From: Oopsacas minuta
Lineage: Eukaryota > Animalia > Porifera
Length of the DNA stretch: 64,000 bases
Reading direction: 5' to 3'
NCBI GenBank assembly: GCA_024704765.1
Contig: JAKMXF010000001.1
Coordinates: 1 to 64,000 of the forward strand
This document shows, piece after piece, positions 1-11,233 of the stretch; the first letter of the stretch is position 1, and every line of letters starts with the position of its first letter. The notes below the pieces were generated by a model, which had not been told where the DNA came from, did not search any database, and saw only the letters and a list, made by a program, of their open reading frames with translations. Made by a program: the position numbers and the translations under genes.

Positions 1-52
1 AACTACCTGTTTAAATAGCTGGAGTATTGCACTAGCTAGCTACTTTAATAAA

Positions 53-1942
53 ATGAGCAGCAACAAAGTTTTTCTGTTATTATCATCACTGCTAATTTAC
101 CAAATTGTGCATGCAGGAAATGGAAGCTGTATAGCTAACCAAGATGTAAATTGTACAATTACGGACTTAGTATCTCGATGCACCATCATCAATAATACAG
201 GACTTATGCAAGAATCATTACAGAATTGTAGCCAGAGGGACGAGTTGATATTAACGATAGAAGCAAACATCACAGGTGTAATCACCATAGACCTGACTAA
301 CATAACCTACAGTTTAGTACAGTTGTGGATAATTGTACTGGAAAACTCTATAGTAATGCTAGATATTGAGTCTGTACCAGTTAACATGACTGCATTAACA
401 TTAGCTGGTGGAGGTACAATAAAACTACAGAACCAACAGGATATAGATGGTACTGGAAAATTAACATTCTTCCAATATTTCGAGAATATCTCAAGACTTA
501 TTTTTATTGCTAGATTTCAATTTTCCTTCTCTCCATCTTTTACTAAACTGAAGAGTTTAAGAATCTTGATAATAGTAGTATTAGAAGGATTGAATAGTGA
601 CACCGGGTTTGGAGGCGTGTTATGTCTGGATAGTAGTGTAGTTAGTGGGTTAGGGAGTCTCGAATATTTCAGCTGGATAGGAGGGAACATTGGGAAGATA
701 ACATCCAATGCATTCGAAGGAACCAACAGGATTAGATATCTAAATTTAAGTCATAATAGGATTAAAATAATAGAATCGAAAGCATTAGATCCATTGACTG
801 AGGTTGAAGACATTGACTTTAATAGAAATATAATTCAATATGTTACACCCCCTGTATTCTATGCTTCAATTAATCTGGAAAATCTACGTCTCTCAAACAA
901 TCCATTTTTCCCTCTAGAAGCACTGGCTGGTACTCATGCATCCACGATATTTCTAGATAACAACGGCTACGAGACGTTGAGAGCAGTAGACTTCGTGAGC
1001 ATAGTAGCCAGACCTGTGGTGATATCATTAACAGAGCTACTGAACTGTGACTGCAGTTTACAATGGACGAGTGGAGTAACACAGTTCGGTATTACATTCA
1101 ATGATGCTATCTGTATTGAGCCCATTAGTAACATTGGGAGAGAAATACAGCTAGCTTCGTATGACAGTTGTAACTCTAATCAAACATTTGAGTGTTTTGG
1201 GCAAGACGGAGCATGTCTAGACGGGCTATCATGTATAATCCAATCTACAGGTTCAAGATGTGGGTGTTTAGTAGGATATAGTTACAACTCACAAGAATTG
1301 GTATGTGAAGACATAAATGAGTGTGAATTGAATGGAACCAATACTTGTGGACACAGTTGTTATAACACATTAGGATCATTCTCCTGCAGCTGTGATTCAG
1401 GATATGAGATAGGACTAAATGGCAGAGACTGTGTAGACATCAATGAGTGTTTGGTACTGAACGGAGGGTGTGGGTATGCTTGTATTAATACAGATGGAGG
1501 ACATGATTGTGTGTGTGAGAATGGAGCAATAGTAAATGAGATGGAAGAATGCATGGAATTAAGTATAATGATGAGACCTGGGTTCATTTGGGGACTAGTT
1601 GTATCTATTATTCTAGCTATTGTTATAGTACTATGCGGCATTACAATATCAGTTTATCTTATATTTCTATGCTACAAGAGAAGCAAGAATAGAAACGATA
1701 AAGTAATTGAGAAAAGTGTCAAGAATGCAACTAACCAATCAAACACTCAAGGTATATATTATGAAAACGAAAACGTGGATCCAAATTTTGAGCCCTATGC
1801 AGTTGTAGTCAGAAATAAGACAAACAGAGACAAACAGAACACTATCGAGACAAACAAAGACAAACAGAACACTATCGAGACAAACAGAACACTAAGCGTT
1901 AATTCAGGGACAACTGAAGAAAGAAAGTATTACGTCATTTAG
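53..1942 (+). CDS. Single-pass receptor: signal peptide, LRRs, LRR C-cap, EGF/cbEGF repeats, TM helix, short Tyr-containing tail
   Basis: 629-aa ORF. Hydrophobic N-terminus; LxxLxLxxNxI repeats (IRYLNLSHNRIKII, LENLRLSNN); LNCDCSLQW cap; DINEC-type cbEGF repeats; hydrophobic segment FIWGLVVSIILAIVIVLCGITISVYLIFLCY followed by KRSK. Confidence 0.85.
   Translation: MSSNKVFLLLSSLLIYQIVHAGNGSCIANQDVNCTITDLVSRCTIINNTGLMQESLQNCSQRDELILTIEANITGVITIDLTNITYSLVQLWIIVLENSIVMLDIESVPVNMTALTLAGGGTIKLQNQQDIDGTGKLTFFQYFENISRLIFIARFQFSFSPSFTKLKSLRILIIVVLEGLNSDTGFGGVLCLDSSVVSGLGSLEYFSWIGGNIGKITSNAFEGTNRIRYLNLSHNRIKIIESKALDPLTEVEDIDFNRNIIQYVTPPVFYASINLENLRLSNNPFFPLEALAGTHASTIFLDNNGYETLRAVDFVSIVARPVVISLTELLNCDCSLQWTSGVTQFGITFNDAICIEPISNIGREIQLASYDSCNSNQTFECFGQDGACLDGLSCIIQSTGSRCGCLVGYSYNSQELVCEDINECELNGTNTCGHSCYNTLGSFSCSCDSGYEIGLNGRDCVDINECLVLNGGCGYACINTDGGHDCVCENGAIVNEMEECMELSIMMRPGFIWGLVVSIILAIVIVLCGITISVYLIFLCYKRSKNRNDKVIEKSVKNATNQSNTQGIYYENENVDPNFEPYAVVVRNKTNRDKQNTIETNKDKQNTIETNRTLSVNSGTTEERKYYVI
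1829..1888 (+). repeat. 30-bp coding tandem repeat (DKQNTIETNK/R x2)
   Basis: gacaaacagaacactatcgagacaaacaaa followed by a near-identical copy. Confidence 0.85.
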
Positions 1943-2215
1943 TATGCAATAAGGACAACATTGATAATATGATTATAGTATTTAAGACATATACTTTAGA
2001 TTGTATATGTATTGTGTGATGTCTTGTAATGTGTTAATTAATAATAGTCATTGCTGAAATAACAAATTATTCGTACTACAAGGACAAGTCAGGGGTTATC
2101 AGTTATGTACCATGTAGATACATATGTTGTTTCATGTTAACACAGCCAACAACCAAAGGATATACTGAGCATTTTCAGGAAGGTAAATGGAAAAATATTC
2201 TAGGTCAAATACGTA

Positions 2216-2320
2216 CAGTAGAACTCGGTTAGCACGCACTATTCTCCAAAACTGGTTTTCGATTCTTACACTAATTTGTATAGTAAAAATATTCGGATAT
2301 GACGTACTTCGGTTAGTACA
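2216..2320. mobile_element. Truncated Tc1/mariner-pogo-like MITE end (CAGTAGAACTC family)
   Basis: TA then CAGTAGAACTCGGTTAGCACG, matching the termini of the 39607-40413 element. No partner end found. Confidence 0.4.
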
Positions 2321-2354
2321 TATGCATACACTACTTTTTGTTGGGTACATCTGT

Positions 2355-2715
2355 CGTATACAATAAAATTCTTGAAATTTCTATAATTATCAATAAAGAA
2401 GAAACATGGATCAATAACCTCCAAGCCCTTTAGAAATAACACTCTTCTGTAGTATGTGATTGTAATCGAAGAGATAGAGACAAGGATTTGTCATAATAAC
2501 CAGAACTAATATGGAATTTTCTGTCAGTTTTACATCAAGAGGGTATGAGTTTGAATCTTTTCCAAACTGAGATTAAATTCGAAATCATTTAAAAGTATCT
2601 GAACCTGATGATTACCAGTATCACAAATATAAATATCTCCATTAGATTTATCAATTGGTTGAAATTCTATTTTCACCTGCTCCACTTTCACCTAAGATGG
2701 ATTAGCTGTAGCCAT
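2355..2715 (-). pseudogene. Internally deleted NHL-repeat family pseudogene
   Basis: Minus strand reads MATANPS*VKVEQVKIEFQPIDKSNGDIYICDTGNHQVQIL, then after frameshifts PLDVKLTENSILVL..NPCLYLFDYNH..SVISKGLG and VIDPCFFFI. IDxSNGDIYxCD also occurs in the 33589-34761 ORF. Confidence 0.65.
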
Positions 2716-3247
2716 CAGTTAATTAACACTGTGGATGTATAATTTACGTAGAGACTTGCTTTAAAAGGTTAAACAGGGATAAAGCTGAATCCGAATTTCG
2801 CATTTTCAAGTTTAATAATTATCGAAGTAAAATAATAAAATTATTTAATTATTGCCGAAACGTGATGCGAGATTTGTGGATCATAAATTGGTAGCATTGC
2901 CTATATTCGACTGAGCTAAGATGGTTTGATATTCCCAGACCAGTCAAGGACTAGATCCACAGAATGCTCGAAAAGTTGGAGGCAAAATCTTAAAAGTTAG
3001 AAATGTTGAGAATTCAATGGCAAAACTATCACCTCCCCCCCTCCTGGTATATCCCTATCCGTCCGTAGGATATTAAGTCTCTGTTAACTATTTTTAGCTA
3101 TTAAATAAGAACGTACTATTACAATTGTAAACGATACACAATTCGAATATAGGTAGATTCTCTTCAAACTATATAAACCATAAACTAAAGAGGAGATACA
3201 CATACTGCGTAGGATAATTACTAAATTTTGCGAATATTTTAGAAATA

Positions 3248-4747
3248 TCATTTATCTGGTTTGTCAAATTTAAAGTCTTTATCTGGCTTTTTGAACGCAA
3301 AATTGTTATTCTTCAAATCAGCAAGACACTGCTTTTCTAACTTATCGAAATAATTTTCAGAAGATCCTATATAAGGAGTAATACTCCTCTCCTTCCTCTT
3401 GTGTGAACTACAAAACAGTTTAGAAACCAGAGCAGCTGTTTCAGGACAATAATGATGCTTCAGATTCTCTAATTCCCACAAACAACTATCAATAGCATTT
3501 GACTTAATCGGGTCTTGTTCATCTGCATGGTAGGGGTCTCCATTTGTGTATTTTCCCTCTGGACAAGATAACATAACTGAACAGTTAGGATGTCTAGCTA
3601 ACAGATTAGATATTATAACGAGTATAGGTCGTATAGAGTGACTAGGTGCTACTAGAGCTATGCAGGCTAATCGCTTTATGTAAGCAGCTACTAGATACTG
3701 CGGGAGGTGAGTAGAAGTAGTAACCATGTCAATTAGAGTGAGGAAATCGCCAAAATCATTAGAGTATGTGATTTCTGGGGTTAGTAGTGAATATATCTTC
3801 GTGTAGATATGAGGATAGTCCAGTTTATACTTTTGAATGAGAATAACCAAACTTTTCAGAGATAAAATACTCAACACACCTCCTGCGTCAAGTGATGACG
3901 TCAGAAAGTCTAATAGGATACGAGGGTCCAACAGGTAGGGTAGAATATCAGTATCCATAACACGTAGTACTAGTATAAGTGTTTCTTGTGTCATATTATA
4001 GCCTAGAAAATGCATCCATATCTTAGAGATGAGCTTCAATAGATCTTTCTTATCTATCTGCTTCTGGTCAGGATTTTGAAATACAACTAGGTATTTATAC
4101 TCGCTGGTATTCTGCGGTAAGTGTTTCTGAATAGAGAGCATTAGTTGTAGGATATTACTGTGTGAATACCTATCGCCACTCCCGGGAGTTAGGGTACGTC
4201 TAAGGGTACATAGACAGCAGTATATGACGTCACAGAATTGTAACGCTTTCTCAAACAGCTGTAACAGAGATTCAGTGTATGGTTTACTTGCTATTAATCT
4301 TGTTACTAAATTACTTATAAAGAATGAACAAAAATTGCCAGAAACAACAGATTCAGATCTCACTAGTTGTATCGAAATGTCAAGAAGCTCTGCCTGGTGA
4401 TTAGGATGGCAAATGGAATTCACTAGTTTGTTACGATAAGTAAAGTATTTGTCTATGATCCAGTTCTGAAACTGAACTATTTCCGAATGTTCCTCACTAC
4501 TTGCTAAGGATGTCTTCTTTGGTATTAGATGACCTGTATCAAGGAAGTTTATGAATACACGTCCTAGTGCTTGTAGTGCAGCTAATTTAACCTCTGCTTC
4601 CTCATCATTAGATAGTTCAATAAGTGATGTTATCTTATCTTTATTCAACTTGTCTGATTTAATATTGCCCGCTAACTCTTCAATAGAGTCTAGCTTACTT
4701 AAATCTGTGTGAGGAGAGGCAATAGTATTACTATCTGATTCTGCCAT
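3248..4747 (-). CDS. NOC4L: Nucleolar complex protein 4 homolog (CBF/Mak21 domain)
   Basis: 499 aa. LLDFLTSSLDAGGVLSILSL, LDYPHIYTKIY, HLPQYLVAAYIKRLA, DPY..D...SNAIDSCLWEL..HHY. Confidence 0.9.
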   Translation of the reverse strand: MAESDSNTIASPHTDLSKLDSIEELAGNIKSDKLNKDKITSLIELSNDEEAEVKLAALQALGRVFINFLDTGHLIPKKTSLASSEEHSEIVQFQNWIIDKYFTYRNKLVNSICHPNHQAELLDISIQLVRSESVVSGNFCSFFISNLVTRLIASKPYTESLLQLFEKALQFCDVIYCCLCTLRRTLTPGSGDRYSHSNILQLMLSIQKHLPQNTSEYKYLVVFQNPDQKQIDKKDLLKLISKIWMHFLGYNMTQETLILVLRVMDTDILPYLLDPRILLDFLTSSLDAGGVLSILSLKSLVILIQKYKLDYPHIYTKIYSLLTPEITYSNDFGDFLTLIDMVTTSTHLPQYLVAAYIKRLACIALVAPSHSIRPILVIISNLLARHPNCSVMLSCPEGKYTNGDPYHADEQDPIKSNAIDSCLWELENLKHHYCPETAALVSKLFCSSHKRKERSITPYIGSSENYFDKLEKQCLADLKNNNFAFKKPDKDFKFDKPDK

Positions 4748-5401
4748 CTGGATATATGATTAGGGAGTGGATTTAAAGGGTGTGTTGCTAAACATTTCGC
4801 ATCGAAAAATCCAAATTATATCAAAACACATGTCTTTTATAGTATTTTAAGACCGAGAAACACTATTTGTGAAAGTTGGATTTTGATTGATACATGTATG
4901 TAGAAAAAGGTACAATGGTAGAGGTTACCTTCTTCTTATGCTAAGACTATTGGAGTATTGTTAAAAGGATAAGATTTTAATTATTATAGAAATAAATATA
5001 GAAAGTTGGGTGTCCTCAGAATCTTGACCAGCGTTTCTTAAACCCTCATGGCCATGCAAACACTAGGCATAAAATTTTGTATCATGACTACACAGTTGAC
5101 ATTGTTCAGGTTTGGTCAAGATGGCCAAAAATCGCGGAAAGATCTATGTGGCAAAGTTTTGATAATATGACCACAGGTTGAGAAACCGTGATCTAGGCAG
5201 CCTACTTGTTCATACTCATATAATTCCAAAATATGTTGATTCATTTTAATAATAATATTCTCTAATATAACATGCGTGATCGCACAATTAGCATGAGTGA
5301 TCAATTAAACATTCACTCATCATGAGCAACAAACATAAATAATACCACTAAGTATGGTTGTAACAACACAATACATACATGCATAATACAATAGTGTATA
5401 C

Positions 5402-6598
5402 TCATACAATAGCTTCTAATGTTATTGTACTTTTGTAGTGTTTAATATTTCGTTTCAACAGCTCTGCTATAGGACCTAGTACCCTCTCAAACCTCGCTCT
5501 GTCTAACTTCACACATTTCAGTTCTCCAATACTGATTACAGTAGCAGCACGAGGTCGCTTTAATAGAAGGGATATCTCTCCGAAGTAGTCAGAGGGACCT
5601 AGAGTCCCGACTTGAGTCTCTTCACCTGTCCCATCCTTGCTCTGTAGGACTATAGCTGTTCCTTTCTCTATTATATAAAAATCCTCTCCTATATCCCCCT
5701 GACATACTACACGCTCTCCGTTAGCGAAGTGACAAGGCTCCAGAGAGTCAGCTACGGTCAGTAGCTCCCACTGATCAAGACTTTGTAACACAGATACATC
5801 CTTGAGGAGATGTTCATAGAGACGCCTCTTACGTATAGTATTCTTCATTAGGATACGTCTGTAAGAATCATGATCTAATATCCATAACACAACCAAACTA
5901 CGAGCCTTTATAGTAGCTGCCCTAGGTGTACCATGGATGAGAGCCAACTCTCCGAATGACCCTCCCTCTCCGATAATCTTGACAACTCGTGTGTCAACAA
6001 TAACCTCTACCTTCCCAGAGTGTATAATATAGAAATTGTCTCCGTGAGCCCCCTGTTGGATTATAGTCTCCCCACTGATGAATTTATCCATATACATAGC
6101 GTCAAATATGTCACTACGCTCAGTCTCGTCAAGATGACAGAATAGAATATTATCTTTGATAGATTTAGAAAGTGCATTCATTGTTTTGTAATCTTTCGGT
6201 ATTACTCTCTTTATATAAGTGTTAGCCTCTTCCTCCTGAATAACTGATACACTGATCCCATTCCTCCTGGTACGCATGCCTGGAGGCACTAGAGGAGACT
6301 CTGGGTTAGGTGTGAGGGGTAGAGAGGTATGCGTAGTGTCTAGCAGTCTGTACTTAAGGGGGAGGGAGGCTGTCTCGTCTATAGGAGTAGCAGTAAATGG
6401 ACTGAGGTTTGTCAGTTTCCGAGCAGCACATATACGAGTAAAATAGTCTCTGAGGAATATCTCAGGTATAGCAGGTTGAGATTTAGTCAGATCATTAACA
6501 GCTGTTTGTAACAGAGACAGTATATCGTGTTGAGAGCAGTAAGAATCTGCTGTGACGTCACTTAAACATAAGTGTAGCGACAGGTTATCTTGTGTCAT
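5402..6598 (-). CDS. PRKAR1A: cAMP-dependent protein kinase type I regulatory subunit
   Basis: N-terminal dimerisation helices, pseudosubstrate RRNGIS (non-phosphorylatable P-site, type I) and two cNMP domains (FGELALI..TPRAAT, FGEISLL..RPRAAT). Confidence 0.92.
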   Translation of the reverse strand: MTQDNLSLHLCLSDVTADSYCSQHDILSLLQTAVNDLTKSQPAIPEIFLRDYFTRICAARKLTNLSPFTATPIDETASLPLKYRLLDTTHTSLPLTPNPESPLVPPGMRTRRNGISVSVIQEEEANTYIKRVIPKDYKTMNALSKSIKDNILFCHLDETERSDIFDAMYMDKFISGETIIQQGAHGDNFYIIHSGKVEVIVDTRVVKIIGEGGSFGELALIHGTPRAATIKARSLVVLWILDHDSYRRILMKNTIRKRRLYEHLLKDVSVLQSLDQWELLTVADSLEPCHFANGERVVCQGDIGEDFYIIEKGTAIVLQSKDGTGEETQVGTLGPSDYFGEISLLLKRPRAATVISIGELKCVKLDRARFERVLGPIAELLKRNIKHYKSTITLEAIV

Positions 6599-7071
6599 TT
6601 GGCATACACTATTTGAGAATATAATCTATAGACTATAGAATTGTTCCAAGACCTCTCTCTGACAATATGCTCCTGAGGGATGTTTGAAATATTATACCTG
6701 AAACCAATACTTTTGGAGGAAATATGCAACTTCCCTCAGGTAGTTTCAACTTATTGTACCCGCAAAGTAAATGCAAAATTTGTATAATGTACGCACATGA
6801 GATGTCGGATTATACAAGTGAAATTGTATTGTCGGAAGCTAATGCGGACTATAAACACTGCCAGATTATAGAGGTCTACCGGATTATGACTGTATATGAT
6901 ACTTTCTTAAGAAATAAAGCGCTATTCAACACAATAATCCACCACAAACAGTTTCCTTCTAAACAATTCCGCCCAATAAAGCTAAAAACAAAAATAAAAC
7001 GGTTTAGAATACATAAGTTTAAATCAGTTACGTCATAACTTCTCTGTGACAATACTATCTGCAACCTATTA

Positions 7072-8634
7072 TTACTGCTCTTCATCTGAAGAGATCAGTA
7101 TCGTAGCATCATGATCAAGTTTAACCCTTTTGGTAGCAGAACTATCAATCGTACATACTCCATCAGGGGTATATCCATCTGTATTATATCTTGATGGGAA
7201 ATATTTAGATGTATTTGTATCATCAAATAGTAGAGGAGTAATATTCCTTTTGGGAGAAAAACTTTGAGTAGTATGCTTATTTGGATCATAACATGAACTA
7301 GATGGAGTGTACTTACGTTTTTGTGTGATTATATCGGAATTCTGAGGAATTGTCAGTAGTTGGACCCTCCTAGGGGAGGAACTATGACTTGTACACCCTC
7401 CCTCAGTAATATATCTATTCACAGTAGGACTTGATGGTAATTGTTTGGATAAGATTATGTTAGAATGTTCAGGATTTTCTGGCAGATCAATCACAGGCGA
7501 TTCTTTAGAAGGAATAATCTCTGTAAACTGAGAGATATCACTAGGTAGTATAGTAGGAGAGAATAGAGGTGAGTCTTCTAGATCACAGAATGTACTCTCT
7601 TCTAATTTACCATTATCTAAAGCAGCATCTCCCTCGGTAGCACTACTTCCACCAACCTCTTGATCCTGTTGCTGACAGAAGTGACCTAACGTTTCTTGTA
7701 ATTTAATCTTGAATGAAGTATCATTTTCCTCAAGCCGGGCCTTATACACAGGGTCATGTAATAAGGGGTCAGGTCCTATAGCCAACTCGTCATTCTCAGT
7801 CCTGCTTTTTAGCACCTCGTACAAATCCGCCCTCCTACGCTCAGACATGAGGTTACCAACGAACTGCAGCACCTGCTTAGATAGACGTAATATTTCTGCT
7901 TTACCCAGAGCAAGTCCTTCCTTCTTACTGACCTTAGATATCATATCAGATACATCTACTATGTCAGGTAAGTCTAGGGTGTTCCTCTTAAAGAACCGCT
8001 CTATACGCTGGTTAATAGCAGGATAGTTAGTACAGGTCACGTTCTTGAGTAAGTCTGACATTACTATTATTCTGTCAGATTTACCTTTCAGCTCACAGAT
8101 CTGCTCCCAAATCCCTGCAGCCTTCTTCTCCAGCTTACTGAGTCTCAGAAGAGAGTTGTTCTCGTATTTGAGGTCGTCTAGACTCAGCTCTGTGCTGCCA
8201 GCTTCCTCTATACTGTGCTGGTATATAGCTAGTTTCTTCTCCAGACGAGATATGAGGTATTCTTTACTGGTAGTGTCTTTCTTACGAGGTAGTTTGATTG
8301 TTTTACGCTTTTTAAGTGGAGATATTTCAGTCTCTGTTTGAGGAGCTAAGCTCTGTACAGAGCTTATTTCTAGCATACATTCTGCCTGGGAGCTAGAACT
8401 GCATGGTATTGGTGCGGGAGTAAGTAAGTGTGAGTCAAAGGGGATACAAGCAGGGTTAGGATTCTTAGAGGTAGGAATTAGTACTGGTGTAGAGGAAGGG
8501 TATTGGGATACCTGAGGACAAGGGGTTGCAAGAGTAGGAGGATATATAGCATTCTTCATTGATGGAGATGTTTGACGTACTGAATCAATTATATGAACTG
8601 AATTACATATGTTGTCAGGCATGTTGTGGGACAT
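7072..8634 (-). CDS. DAXX: DAXX-like H3.3 chaperone (histone-binding domain plus C-terminal SIM); start revised to the first ATG
   Basis: RLEKKL..ELSLDDL..LCELKG..YPAINQRIER..LPDIVDV..ERRRADL..DPLLHDPVYKARLEEN matches the Daxx histone-binding region; ends TILISSDEEQ. The ORF-track start at 8847 is a GTG; the first ATG is at 8634. Confidence 0.8.
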   Translation of the reverse strand: MSHNMPDNICNSVHIIDSVRQTSPSMKNAIYPPTLATPCPQVSQYPSSTPVLIPTSKNPNPACIPFDSHLLTPAPIPCSSSSQAECMLEISSVQSLAPQTETEISPLKKRKTIKLPRKKDTTSKEYLISRLEKKLAIYQHSIEEAGSTELSLDDLKYENNSLLRLSKLEKKAAGIWEQICELKGKSDRIIVMSDLLKNVTCTNYPAINQRIERFFKRNTLDLPDIVDVSDMISKVSKKEGLALGKAEILRLSKQVLQFVGNLMSERRRADLYEVLKSRTENDELAIGPDPLLHDPVYKARLEENDTSFKIKLQETLGHFCQQQDQEVGGSSATEGDAALDNGKLEESTFCDLEDSPLFSPTILPSDISQFTEIIPSKESPVIDLPENPEHSNIILSKQLPSSPTVNRYITEGGCTSHSSSPRRVQLLTIPQNSDIITQKRKYTPSSSCYDPNKHTTQSFSPKRNITPLLFDDTNTSKYFPSRYNTDGYTPDGVCTIDSSATKRVKLDHDATILISSDEEQ

Positions 8635-10127
8635 TTTAGTGGGGCAAAGTATGAACGTTAAAACAGTACTATAAGTGAATTCAAAAAGATTGAAATATGT
8701 GAAAAGATTGTAAAGGAGATCTTCATTAGAATATTCATATCTATATGCTAGAGTGATCCGTGTGCTAGCGCTGTAGGTTCGTGTAGTAAAAGGGATACAT
8801 TCAGACGCATCACATATATAAAATGTAATTTTCTTCGGCTTCCCCACTACTTCAGTACGATCTCACAACCTACAGCTACAGCTTACGAATTACATCCTCT
8901 ACCACATAGCCACACCACCTTTGTAGGGACCACCCAACCTCGACCCGAATGCCATGGCAAACAGAGGAAGCAAGAAAACTCCTAGAATGGAATACTTAAA
9001 GCAAAGCGGTGGAAAAATATACATATACAGCATTACATCTTTAACTAGATTGTGATGAATGAATTTAACGCTTTTGAAATAACAGGATTGGGACTCCAAG
9101 TTTTCGAGAAAAATACTCTTGTGTGGACAATATAATTCCAAGACTCAAGCGAACGTGATTCTCATACAGAAACAATTGTATATAGAATGGCCGTGGAGTT
9201 GCAGTTCGAAAATGTCATAACACCAGTTATGGATGCAATGAAATGCAGGTCGAACCAGTAATTAGCTGATTGCTTGGGGTTTATGTCATGTTAATACGTA
9301 TATAATTTAAATATGTACGTGACTATGGAATTTTTGAAAAGGTAACATCATTAGTTTAGAAATCATAGAATTAATTATAATTTATCTAGGAAGTGAACTC
9401 AATAATTCTAGAGTATCATAATTCAGAAATGTAATAAGACACGCATTCCAGAGCTATACTTTGAAACATAGGTAGTTCTGGCAGTAATATAAATTGGTAA
9501 TTAAACTTTACCATCTAGTCAATTTTCCTGTTGGATTTAATGATTTTAGTGAAATAATATTTCCTTCGAAAGATGATTTAGTTTTACAGGGCACATATGG
9601 TATGAATAAATGTAAGCACAATATATCATTAATTAGATAAAGATATGCGTAATAAGAAATAAGGGTGATTCAAGTGAAAATTGTTCATCAATATAATACA
9701 ATAAATAAGTCCAACGCACATACGTAGTACGTATATTGCATTTTCTGGAAATTATTATGTAAGTTAGAAGTAAGTAGTATATCTACCATTTTAATGATTC
9801 AGATAATCATAATGTATTACAAGTCTTTAGCAATCAAAATGTAGTATATATTAATATATTTAATAACACTTGATGAATTAGCATGTTGAATATTCATGAG
9901 TTACGAAGAAATTGACAGAAACCTCATGGCTATGTAGTCATGGATATAAAATATTTGTCTCAATATCAGCAACTGTTTACTCGAACTTTGAGATGTCGAG
10001 TCCAGGTAGATTGGCTTCTCAAGACTTTCTCAGAGCTCAGATACATAATTATATAACTGTCTATCACTAGCAGATTTCTATAATGGCAAATATTCTCAAT
10101 CAATCAATCAACGAAAGGCTAACGCAA

Positions 10128-11021
10128 TTACTTCTTAATGCCCAGCTGTGGTAACTTGAATGCAGTCTCACATACATGACAGATAGGAGTGAATTTACAG
10201 TAGACAGAGAAACAGACAGAACATATGTGACCTAGTTCTGTCATATCACCGTGACAGCAGCATGATGCTCGAGTATCAACAGAACTCTTCGGGGGTTGGA
10301 GGAACCAGTCACGAATTTCTACCTCTGGAAGATAGAACCACAGCAAGTACTGAAGTAGAGCTGAGTGCCCAGCTTTACGGAGATACAGCCCACCAGTTAT
10401 GCTTGTTACTTGCTGCAGCAAACTACTGTCCTCTATCAGCAAGCAGGTGTCAATAGAGATACTCTCTTTCTGAGCAGCAAAGCTAGCATTCATAAATGTC
10501 ATGTATTGAGAACTGTCCACTGGACTAGAGTTAATAACGAGTGCACGTGCTAGCAGTCTGACTCCAGGAGGTACGAGTCCTTTGAACTTATTAGCATAAC
10601 AAAGTGAGCGAGCTAGTGCACTAGGTAATCCTGATACGTCACGGGTAAGCAGGGTACCACAGGTCTCTGCTAACAGCTTTCTACTGTTAGTGATAATGGC
10701 AGAGCTAACCCCACTCATGTCTACAGAGTCGAATAAAGATTTGGTGTCAAGAGAAGCTATACCAGCTGATGGGTAGAGATAGTAAGATGCATTATTATGT
10801 GCTGCTAGTACTAAAACCCGATTGAGTCTGTCCATAGAGAGAAATGAGTTAATAAACACAATAACAGTCTCGAGGTATTCCTGCAGAGATAAGGAGTCTG
10901 TAGTACGTCCCTGTCCCGCCCAGATTGAAGAAGAAGTCTCTATTATGACTAACAACAAACGGTAGTTGACTTCCACTACCGTGTCTTTAGATGACTCGAA
11001 ATCCTGTAAGAATTCTGCCAT
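10128..11021 (-). CDS. GTF2H3: TFIIH subunit p34/Tfb4
   Basis: vWA-like fold (LLLVIIET, FINSFL, ALARSLCY, QYMTFMN..FAAQK..ID) and C-terminal DTRASCCCH..CSVC..C.VC zinc finger. Confidence 0.92.
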   Translation of the reverse strand: MAEFLQDFESSKDTVVEVNYRLLLVIIETSSSIWAGQGRTTDSLSLQEYLETVIVFINSFLSMDRLNRVLVLAAHNNASYYLYPSAGIASLDTKSLFDSVDMSGVSSAIITNSRKLLAETCGTLLTRDVSGLPSALARSLCYANKFKGLVPPGVRLLARALVINSSPVDSSQYMTFMNASFAAQKESISIDTCLLIEDSSLLQQVTSITGGLYLRKAGHSALLQYLLWFYLPEVEIRDWFLQPPKSSVDTRASCCCHGDMTELGHICSVCFSVYCKFTPICHVCETAFKLPQLGIKK

Positions 11022-11233
11022 TTACCACTTCAAACACTGACGATACACGTAGACACAATAATTTATTATTCGCTAACTATGTTTTCAAGTCAGATAGAGA
11101 TGTATGAGTAATTGAGTAGACCTCTATGCTGGCTACAATTGCATGAAATATTGTTGCTATAGATTCATAAATCAAGATATTCATGCGTCAATAGAAATGG
11201 AAATTAATTTAGTAGCCGATATAGTTGTACAGC

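Noticed and set aside
6724-7038. 104-aa plus-strand ORF between PRKAR1A and DAXX
   Set aside because: No recognisable motif; lies antisense in the DAXX 3' region.
8850-8925. tRNA-like stretch on the minus strand (TGGCTATGTGGTAGAG..TTCGTAA..GAGATCGTACT)
   Set aside because: B-box and stems are too degenerate to fold a cloverleaf; at most an old SINE remnant.
8949-9260. Myb-like impression PWQTEEARKLLEW*AKRWKNI on the plus strand
   Set aside because: Short, interrupted by stops, and could easily be chance.
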